A stretch of DNA of 12,147 nucleotides from Okeania sp. Its GTDB lineage: Bacteria; Cyanobacteriota; Cyanobacteriia; Cyanobacteriales; Microcoleaceae. The position numbers were made by a program, and so were the translations under genes. The DNA is taken from positions 1 to 12,147 of the forward strand of contig NZ_JAYKGW010000040.1 in NCBI RefSeq assembly GCF_035285525.1. The letters are read 5' to 3'. Shown here in pieces: positions 1 through 6,219 of the stretch (position 1 is the first letter of the stretch; each line of letters opens with the position of its first letter). Under the pieces are notes generated by a model. That model saw nothing but the letters and a program-made list of their open reading frames with translations. It had not been told where the DNA came from and made no database searches.

Positions 1-2
1 AT

Positions 3-242
3 GGAACTGAACCTGTTTACGAACCTATTGAATTTGAGAGCAATGTCTTACGGTTAGAAAATGAGGCGGAATATGTATTTACGGCTTGAGCAGGAGCGGA
101 TAGTCTATCGGTAGTGGATGCTAGCAATCCTGAAACTGTGGTTAACAATACTAGCAGCGAAGATTTAGCCTTGGCTAAGATTCCTGTAGGTGTTGATGGA
201 GTGGATCGCCCAGAGTCGTTGGCCATAACTGGGGATAGTTGA
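3..242 (+). pseudogene. Upstream segment (cut by the window edge) of the large secreted protein. It is a YVTN/LVIVD-like beta-propeller repeat region, interrupted by an in-frame TGA and one frame off from the 239..3688 ORF.
   Basis: My frame-3 translation reads GTEPVYEPIEFESNVLRLENEAEYVFTA*AGADSLSVVDASNPETVVNNTSSEDLALAKIPVGVDGVDRPESLAITGDS*. The TGA at 87-89 sits inside one repeat unit (YVFTA-x-AGADSLSVVDASNP). The frame ends at TGA 240-242, overlapping the TTG at 239. The motifs resemble YVTN/LVIVD propeller repeats and the paralogous fragment at 7007..7744 (KYLYVSNPHLSGSGDVLIFDV; NPRGIAITGGD). Confidence 0.4.
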
Positions 243-3200
243 GCGAACCTTGGAATGTATCTTTCTATGGGCAAGAGGATGATTTTAATCCTAACCGGAT
301 TCTCACAGCAACTTGGCAAAGAGACCCTGATGATGGTATCGGTAAGTGGACTTATGATGGCGGTAAAACCTGGATTGAAGGTGCCAATACTAGCTTCACT
401 ATTCCTGAAAATAGAACCCTAACAGCAGGTCAGACTTATTATTGGGCAGTAGAAACATTCTCCGAAAACGAACTACACCCAGAATTAGAGTTTGGTGAGT
501 TGACCACAGAGATTCCACCTGCATTAAATGGCGACGATACTTTCCACAGCGTCAGCTTATTAACTCACGGTTTCCAGTTTCCCGGAACAGTTTCAGGAGT
601 TCCCGAACGCTACTACGACCTAGCTGACGGTATTGCTAATCTGGATTCCGATACTGATGGGTTGATTTTAAGGTATGAACCTGCCACTGGTTACTGGGTT
701 CCTGTGAACGAACAGGGACAAGTGTTGTTTTCACCCTCTGGCAATAATTATTTAGCCGAGCTACGAGAATTTATCGCACCGGAAAATCCTGCCCCAGGCC
801 AAATTAATTATCTAGAATCTCAAACTCCAGTGGTACTGCTGGCAGATTGGTCTCATGATTCGAGCATTCCTGATTCTGGTTTTTCTGAAGCTGCTGCGGA
901 TTCTTTATTTGCCTCCCTGGTACAGTTAGACCAGTTGTTGATGGATGAAAATAGCGATACCACACAAGGACCTATTCTGAGTTCTCCCCTACACTTGATT
1001 GGTTTCAGTCGCGGTACTGTTGTTAATAGTGAAATCGTTCAACGCTTGGGTACTTATTTCCCCGAAGCGGGAGGTAAACCGGGAACGGGGCAAGGAGACT
1101 TACAGATGACGACCTTAGACCCCCATGATTTTGACCAACCAGGGTTGTCGTTGTTGGGGATAAATAGTTTTACTGATTTCCGGGAGCCAAAAGTTCAGGT
1201 TTGGGATCATGTGACTTTTGCCGATAATTATTATCAAACTGTTCCTAATTTACTAGCTAATTCTTTGACTCCAGCAGGTCGAGATATTCCTAATCTGCCA
1301 GCAACCGAGTCTGGTAAGACAGCAACTGGGTTGGAGTTCCCACGACAGGGGTGGCGATCAGAATCTCCCAATCCTAATGCTCCCTTATTAGGGGAACCCG
1401 ATCTGTCGGTTTTCTTAGGTACTAATAAGAATGAACCTGACTACAACCGCAGTCGAGCAGGTTTTACCAGGGAAACCGATCCGTTTTATGGTTTGGGAGG
1501 AACTCATACACGAGTACCTAGTTGGTATGCGGGAACTGTAGATTTGGAGTCGGTTAATTTTCCCAATAATGAGCAGTCTGATGAGCATGGGATTTATCGT
1601 CAACGGAGTGATGGGCGTTATGAGCAGTTTTTCGATAGCTCGTTTTCCTATGGAGAAGGGGTGACAAATAAACCGCGAGTCACTCCGTGGTACAGACCAG
1701 ACCACAAGCAAGCAGGTTTTAATGATAGTGCTGAGGATGCACCGAGTGAAGGTATAGGTACGGGTTGGTTTTATTCAGTGCTGGGTGGGGGTAAAGATTT
1801 GCGGACTCAAACTGGTGTAGATAAAGTGCCTGTTGATTTTGATAATACTTATGACGCGCAGATGCGGGGTGATTTTGCTGTGCCGACTTTGTTCAATGGT
1901 AATTTTGATGCGGTGTTTAATCCTAAAGGTACGTTTCGTAAGAGTGTTTCTCAAGCTATTCCGGGATGGTCTTTTCATGGTGGTGGGTCGGCAATAATGA
2001 CAAAACAGTTAGTGGATTTGAAAGGTGTGAGTACCTTGACAGAACACTTGAAAAATGTAGGTAACGATCCGACTTCAAAGGAGTATCAGACAGATTATGC
2101 GTTGCAACTCCGACCAGGGGATTCTATTACCCACAATCGCTTCGTGGTTCCCGACGAGGGTGTGCTGCGCTTCGATTTACACGTTCCTAACGCTGCCTCA
2201 AATCCACGTTTACCTACTAGCAGTATCAGAACCTTCATCAGAGCCAGCGATTCAACTAACTGGCAGCCTTTGACACCGACATTTACTTACAAAGCGCAAA
2301 ATCCAGCAGAACGAGGTGAAAATGCAGTGGGTTACTATGACTTTGTTAACGGACAATACATCGATCCCTACACTCGTCAGATAGATTACGGTCAAGAGGG
2401 ATTTGAAACCTTCCATATAGAAATCCCTGACGAACTGCGTGGCAAGTCTGCTCAACTGAGATTCGACTTAGGTAGCAGTAGTAGTCCAGTTTATCTTGAT
2501 AATGTCTTCTTCAAAAGTCAACATTTGATGTTAGGCAATCCCAGTTTTGCCAAACCTTCAGAAAATACTCACCGCGAGAATTATTTGATTGAAAAACCAC
2601 AGTATTCCTTGTCTTACAACGATGCGATTAAAGGTCCTAATTGGGTGAGTTGGCAGCTCAATCAGTCTTGGTTGGGAGGGTTAAATCGTATAGATATAGA
2701 ACCACGCACACCACCAGAAGGGTATAACGATCTCTTTCCCCCAGGCTTTGATGACAATTTCCCCGATTATCCTGATGGCGTTCGACCTGTTGATGGTACT
2801 TTTAGTCCTGTAAGTCGCAACAGTTTTCCATGGTCTTTAGATGACGAGCTTCCCGAAAATTGGGTAAAAACCCAAGGGGTTGATTACCTGATGAATAACC
2901 AAATTACTCCTCGACGTCTCGATCGCGGTCACATGGTTCCAGTAAGTTATCGAACTCGCAGCTTTAAAGATGGTTTTTCAACTTATCTAACAACAAATAT
3001 GCTCCCGCAACTTTCATTCGTTAACCGAACCGCAGGACCTTGGTTCCGGCTCGAAAGAGAAACCAGACTTGCGGTTGAAGGTAATAGCGATCTTGAGTTT
3101 AATATCATTGCTGGTGGAGTTGGTTACGACCCCACTCGGCAAGGACCAAGGGGAGACGATATCAGGTATCCAGCAGGACATCCTTTTGAAAATCATCCAA

Positions 3201-3688
3201 ATCCAGTTCCAGGAGTAGTCCAAAACTTTGTTGCCACGCAACAAAATGAAGAGACAGGGGAATGGGAGTACGTTCAAGATAGCAATGACAGAATTGTAAT
3301 CAACTTACGTGGCTCTAACGAATGGATTGCCAATCCCAAACAAATAGGAGTTCCTGACTACACTTGGAAGGTTTTCGTACCTTTGCATCCCGGTCAGGGA
3401 GCAGCCGACATCACGCAGAACACCCCTGTAACTGCCGTTATCTTCCCCAATGCTGACCCCAGGGGATTTCCAACGGTAACAATAGAGGACACTGAGTTTT
3501 ATCGGATACCATTGCCCAATGGCACGGAATTAACAATTGACAGTAACTCTGTGGGTGATTGGACTCAGTACGCTATCAGCGTCAGGGAGTTAGAAGATAT
3601 AACCGGCTACGACTTTTTCTCGGAGGTGCCCCGGGACATCCAAAACATTATCGAACCAAGAACCAACAGAGAGTTGTTCCTTGCTTAG
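239..3688 (+). CDS. Large multidomain secreted hydrolase or toxin-like protein. Domains in order: Fn3-like segment, lipase-like alpha/beta hydrolase, beta-sandwich (CBM/lectin-like) domain, C-terminal DNA/RNA non-specific endonuclease (NucA/Serratia nuclease family). The 5' end is probably not native and continues upstream in another frame.
   Basis: The open frame is uninterrupted for 3450 nt. The only start at the 5' end is the TTG directly after a TAG, and the first in-frame ATG is about 230 codons in. Lipase-like signals: SLLTHGF (HG at nt 566-571), VVLLADWSH, LHLIGFSRGT (GxSxG, Ser codon at 1007-1009), TLDPHDFD. Beta-sandwich signals: FNGNFDAVFNP...IPGWSFHGGG...LRFDL...VYLDNVFF (about nt 1880-2518). 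Nuclease signals (about nt 2522-3685): YSLSYNDAIKGPNWVSWQL, RRLDRGHMVP (nt 2921-2932), YLTTNMLPQ (Asn at 2996-2998), GPWFRLERETR, VPDYTWKVFVPL, VRELEDITGYDFFSEVPRDIQ. These are collinear with Serratia nuclease motifs (DRGH, N119, W..LE, YWKVIF, VDEIEKRTG). Confidence 0.85.
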   Translation: MSEPWNVSFYGQEDDFNPNRILTATWQRDPDDGIGKWTYDGGKTWIEGANTSFTIPENRTLTAGQTYYWAVETFSENELHPELEFGELTTEIPPALNGDDTFHSVSLLTHGFQFPGTVSGVPERYYDLADGIANLDSDTDGLILRYEPATGYWVPVNEQGQVLFSPSGNNYLAELREFIAPENPAPGQINYLESQTPVVLLADWSHDSSIPDSGFSEAAADSLFASLVQLDQLLMDENSDTTQGPILSSPLHLIGFSRGTVVNSEIVQRLGTYFPEAGGKPGTGQGDLQMTTLDPHDFDQPGLSLLGINSFTDFREPKVQVWDHVTFADNYYQTVPNLLANSLTPAGRDIPNLPATESGKTATGLEFPRQGWRSESPNPNAPLLGEPDLSVFLGTNKNEPDYNRSRAGFTRETDPFYGLGGTHTRVPSWYAGTVDLESVNFPNNEQSDEHGIYRQRSDGRYEQFFDSSFSYGEGVTNKPRVTPWYRPDHKQAGFNDSAEDAPSEGIGTGWFYSVLGGGKDLRTQTGVDKVPVDFDNTYDAQMRGDFAVPTLFNGNFDAVFNPKGTFRKSVSQAIPGWSFHGGGSAIMTKQLVDLKGVSTLTEHLKNVGNDPTSKEYQTDYALQLRPGDSITHNRFVVPDEGVLRFDLHVPNAASNPRLPTSSIRTFIRASDSTNWQPLTPTFTYKAQNPAERGENAVGYYDFVNGQYIDPYTRQIDYGQEGFETFHIEIPDELRGKSAQLRFDLGSSSSPVYLDNVFFKSQHLMLGNPSFAKPSENTHRENYLIEKPQYSLSYNDAIKGPNWVSWQLNQSWLGGLNRIDIEPRTPPEGYNDLFPPGFDDNFPDYPDGVRPVDGTFSPVSRNSFPWSLDDELPENWVKTQGVDYLMNNQITPRRLDRGHMVPVSYRTRSFKDGFSTYLTTNMLPQLSFVNRTAGPWFRLERETRLAVEGNSDLEFNIIAGGVGYDPTRQGPRGDDIRYPAGHPFENHPNPVPGVVQNFVATQQNEETGEWEYVQDSNDRIVINLRGSNEWIANPKQIGVPDYTWKVFVPLHPGQGAADITQNTPVTAVIFPNADPRGFPTVTIEDTEFYRIPLPNGTELTIDSNSVGDWTQYAISVRELEDITGYDFFSEVPRDIQNIIEPRTNRELFLA

Positions 3689-3713
3689 GAAGTTGTAAAT
3701 TCAAATTCGTTTG

Positions 3714-3739
3714 GTGGCAATCGCTTTACCGATTGCCAC
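3714..3739. terminator. Perfect 10-bp stem-loop between the convergent nuclease and PRP1 genes; candidate bidirectional terminator.
   Basis: GTGGCAATCG (3714-3723), loop CTTTAC, CGATTGCCAC (3730-3739) are exact reverse complements. It lies in the 77-bp gap between stop codons at 3688 (+) and 3766 (-). There is no strong U-tract on either side. Confidence 0.5.
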
Positions 3740-3765
3740 GCTTAACTTAGGCTTCAGTATGATGC

Positions 3766-4482
3766 TTAGAGTTTTCCAAAGGCTTCGCCATCTAAATAAG
3801 CATCTACCGCAAGCCTCCCGTCGGGCAAAATGGTGTGGTGAAGTTGAATATACTCAAAAGAAGGGGAAGCAAAATTGATCAGACCTCTGAAATCGACATT
3901 CATAAAGTAAATCTCGTTTCCAGTCATTCCTTGGAGATCGGCGTTTCGGAAATTAGAGTTTTCAATGGTAATATCCATCATTTGCACATTTCTTAAAGTT
4001 GCTCCTTCAAAATTGCAGTTTTGGATATTACCTTCAGACATGAAACGACACCCGTTAAGATTAGCTCTCTTTAAATTTGTATTCAACAAGCCAAGTAAGA
4101 CAGCTCCTTCAAGAGTCGCATCTTCCAGGTCGCATCTTTCAAAAGCGCCTTCACTTAGGCTGGCTTCTTTCAAACAAGCTCTTCTGAAGTTGCTGTCTTC
4201 AATCCAATCCAATCTGGCTTGGCTCAAGTTTGCTCCTTCAAAGTTGCTATTTTTAATCGAACTAAACCTGGCTTGGCTCAAGTCAGCACCTTCAAAGTTG
4301 CTATTTTTGACGCTACAGTAGGTTCCTCTCAAACAAGCTCCTTTAAAGTTGCTATTTTCAATCCCACTCAAAAATTTGGCCTCGCTCAAGTCAACCCCTT
4401 CGAGATCGAGATTGACAAGAGGAGTATTTCTAAATTCTCTTTGCCCTTGGGCATAGCATCTAAGTAGTTCTTTTGCATCCAT
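3766..4482 (-). CDS. Pentapeptide-repeat protein (PRP1), convergent with the nuclease gene.
   Basis: The sequence shows A(D/N)LXX-type repeats throughout, for example NFEGADLSQARF, NFEGANLSQARL, CDLEDATLEGAVL, NFRNADLQG. The N-terminus MDAKELLRCYAQGQREF and the C-terminus TILPDGRL are both typical of cyanobacterial PRPs. I prefer the ATG at 4482 (MDAKELL, matching the MNAEELL start of PRP2). The ORF track's TTG at 4497 is the alternative. Confidence 0.85.
   Translation of the reverse strand: MDAKELLRCYAQGQREFRNTPLVNLDLEGVDLSEAKFLSGIENSNFKGACLRGTYCSVKNSNFEGADLSQARFSSIKNSNFEGANLSQARLDWIEDSNFRRACLKEASLSEGAFERCDLEDATLEGAVLLGLLNTNLKRANLNGCRFMSEGNIQNCNFEGATLRNVQMMDITIENSNFRNADLQGMTGNEIYFMNVDFRGLINFASPSFEYIQLHHTILPDGRLAVDAYLDGEAFGKL
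4214..4321. repeat. Intragenic tandem duplication, 2 x 54 bp, inside PRP1 (encodes IKNSNFEGA(D/N)LSQAR units).
   Basis: Copy A is 4214-4267 and copy B is 4268-4321. They share perfectly conserved blocks ctggcttggctcaagt (16 nt) and ttcaaagttgctattttt (18 nt). A weaker third unit follows with a 51-nt offset (cctttaaagttgc at 4340). Confidence 0.85.
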
Positions 4483-4554
4483 AATTTTCTTTGACAACTC
4501 ATTGATACAATTTTAGGAGCTTTTCCTTTTAGTGTAAATATATTAACTAGAACC

Positions 4555-5037
4555 ATGATCGAGAAAACGAGCCGTAAATTCAATCAAGACGAACGCCTCT
4601 GGCGCATTGACGCTAAATGGGGAACTGTCGTGGATGGAAATGAAACCGACGATTTAATTCAAGTGCTGTGGGATGGAGAGTATAGCCCCCTACCTACTCC
4701 CACCATTGCCGTTATTAAGACTTCAGAAAAAGAACAATTTCTTGAAGAGATGCAGCAATTTTATCCTCCCTTTAGCTATTGGTGGCGACTCCAGGAAACC
4801 AAGGATTTCAAGGTAATTTTTGTTCAAAATGGTCCAGACGAAGATTCTTACTCCACTTTTGGTATCCATGCCCAATTTGAGGACTTAATCTATAATTTTA
4901 CTATTAATAATTTCAGCATTCCGCACAGGGGAGTGATTTCACAGGTGCGCATTTCTTTGAACAAAAAAAGAAGTTGGTTTGAGAAGTATAAAAAGAATTA
5001 TGCTTTTTTTGATGAAAACGGGCAAGTAGAGCTTTGA
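4555..5037 (+). CDS. Hypothetical 160-aa protein with no recognised domain. It is divergent from PRP1 and convergent with PRP2.
   Basis: ATG-initiated ORF with no overlapping competitor. I see no signal peptide or TM segment. The sequence is not repeat-like and I recognise no family (no resemblance to the NuiA sequence as I recall it). Confidence 0.6.
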   Translation: MIEKTSRKFNQDERLWRIDAKWGTVVDGNETDDLIQVLWDGEYSPLPTPTIAVIKTSEKEQFLEEMQQFYPPFSYWWRLQETKDFKVIFVQNGPDEDSYSTFGIHAQFEDLIYNFTINNFSIPHRGVISQVRISLNKKRSWFEKYKKNYAFFDENGQVEL

Positions 5038-5071
5038 TGCTTGAGACCAGATGCTTTTGAGTTTGCCTCCC

Positions 5072-5707
5072 CTAAACTAAAATTTTCCAATAGTCTTTAA
5101 TATACTCTCCTTCGGGAGTAGTAATAGTGTCAATAATGCACTCAGACCATAAATTGGAGCCAGCGATCCTGGCTCCAGTCAGATCGACATTTCCTAAGCT
5201 AGTTTCACAAAAAATTGCCCTCTCCAGATTAGCATTTTTCAAGCTAACATCCTGGAACATTGCTTGGCCTAAATTGGCTTCTATTAACAAGGCTTCATCA
5301 AGGTTGACTTGGAGTAAAGAAGCCTCCACAAGGCAGGAATTTTCTAAATTAGCTCTCTTCATGTTAGCATTACTAATTTCTATGTTTCCTAATCTTGCAT
5401 TTTTAAGATTGACTTCTTCCAGGTTAATATTTTTTAGATAGGCATCAAAAGAAACTTCCGTCAAATTAGCGTGATTTAGATTTACTTCCTCTAGTTCCGC
5501 ATACCTTAATCTAGCTTGAGTAAAATTGGCGCAACTTAAATTTACTCCTTTGAATTTCACTCTGTACAGTTTAGCTTGAGTGAAGTCGGCGTTGGTAAAG
5601 TTAGCTGCTTCAAGATGACAATCTCTTAATTCGATCCCTCTTAAGTCAGCACCAGTAAAATTCCTTTCTCCACCACTGTAACGTCTGAGCAATTCTTCCG
5701 CGTTCAT
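5072..5707 (-). CDS. Pentapeptide-repeat protein (PRP2).
   Basis: MNAEELLRRYSGGERNFTGADLRGIELRDCHLEAANFTNADFTQAKL... is a regular pentapeptide register over about 170 aa, with a TPEGEYI tail. By hand count it has about 30 D/E against 21 K/R, so it is acidic. Confidence 0.9.
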   Translation of the reverse strand: MNAEELLRRYSGGERNFTGADLRGIELRDCHLEAANFTNADFTQAKLYRVKFKGVNLSCANFTQARLRYAELEEVNLNHANLTEVSFDAYLKNINLEEVNLKNARLGNIEISNANMKRANLENSCLVEASLLQVNLDEALLIEANLGQAMFQDVSLKNANLERAIFCETSLGNVDLTGARIAGSNLWSECIIDTITTPEGEYIKDYWKILV

Positions 5708-5757
5708 AATTTGTATTCCAATAGAGATTCTACATTATCAACTATACAATTATTTGA

Positions 5758-6171
5758 TTAAAAAGCCTCAGTATAGTAACAATCAGACCATCGCAAGTTC
5801 CTAACAATCAAACCCTTGTGGGGCGGACTAATCCAAAACAGATTCCCGTTCCCGATTTCACCTGGAAGATTGCCACAGTCCTCGAACCTGGTCAAAGCCT
5901 TTCTGACATTGATGCCAATACCCAAGTTATTGCTTTGATTACACCAAATCGTCGGCCTCCTGCTGGTAAGACTGGGCCTGTCCAACTTCCAGGCGGGGAG
6001 ACGCGCCAAGTCGCTAACTGGGAACACTGGCCAAATTGGCGAGTTAATGTAAATTACCTTGAAGAGATTACGGGTTATGACTTTTTCTCAGATTTACCAC
6101 AGGAGATTCAACAGGTTATTCAGGCAGATGATTCGAGCGAGCTGACTTTACCTCTACAATCGAAACCATAA
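5758..6171 (+). pseudogene. Orphan, 5'-truncated C-terminal fragment of a second, divergent Endonuclease_NS domain that lacks the catalytic DRGH/Asn region.
   Basis: Translation from just after the TGA at 5755-5757 reads ...SIVTIRPSQVPNNQTLVGRTNPKQIPVPDFTWKIATVLEPGQ...ALITPN...WRVNVNYLEEITGYDFFSDLPQEIQQVIQ. This is collinear with the last ~135 aa of the large protein (RIVINLRGSNEWIANPKQIGVPDYTWKVFVPLHPGQ...AVIFPN...ISVRELEDITGYDFFSEVPRDIQNIIE). Homology runs up to the upstream stop, 50 bp from the PRP2 start. The only start is a GTG at 5818. Confidence 0.7.
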
Positions 6172-6219
6172 AATCTATGGAAATGCGAGTAGTCACCTCA
6201 GTTTACTGAAGAGCTATCA

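Noticed and set aside
234-245. Programmed -1 ribosomal frameshift joining the upstream frame to the 239..3688 ORF.
   Set aside because: There is no X XXY YYZ slippery heptamer (the sequence is GAT AGT TGA GCG) and no obvious downstream pseudoknot. The additional in-frame TGA at 87-89 argues for mutation or sequencing error instead.
17-319. Minus-strand 100-aa ORF at the window start.
   Set aside because: It overlaps plus-strand sequence that has clear beta-propeller repeat and Fn3-like coding signal. The ORF itself has no recognisable features.
1415-3277. Four short minus-strand ORFs (1415..1711, 1775..1978, 2252..2455, 3014..3277) inside the large gene.
   Set aside because: All are embedded antisense within a 3.45-kb ORF that has strong domain motifs. 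The translations are low complexity and rich in I, R and S.
3559-3750. Plus-strand 63-aa ORF overlapping the 3' end of the nuclease gene.
   Set aside because: It is an alternative frame of the conserved nuclease C-terminus and runs into the terminator hairpin. There is no support for it.
3965-4467. Plus-strand ORFs 3965..4321 and 4219..4467, with repetitive APSKL / FKVAIF sequence.
   Set aside because: They are antisense shadows of PRP1. The periodic pentapeptide coding keeps the opposite strand open, and the translated sequences are just the reverse-complement echo of the repeats.
4555-5037. ORF160 as a NuiA-type nuclease inhibitor.
   Set aside because: I see no resemblance to the Anabaena NuiA sequence as I remember it. 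It is kept only as an unknown ORF, and the question needs an HMM or structure search.
5127-5441. Plus-strand ORF of 104 aa inside PRP2.
   Set aside because: Antisense shadow of a repeat gene. It has no independent coding signal.
5758-6027. Minus-strand 89-aa ORF.
   Set aside because: It is antisense to the orphan nuclease fragment, whose plus-strand translation aligns convincingly with the intact nuclease C-terminus.
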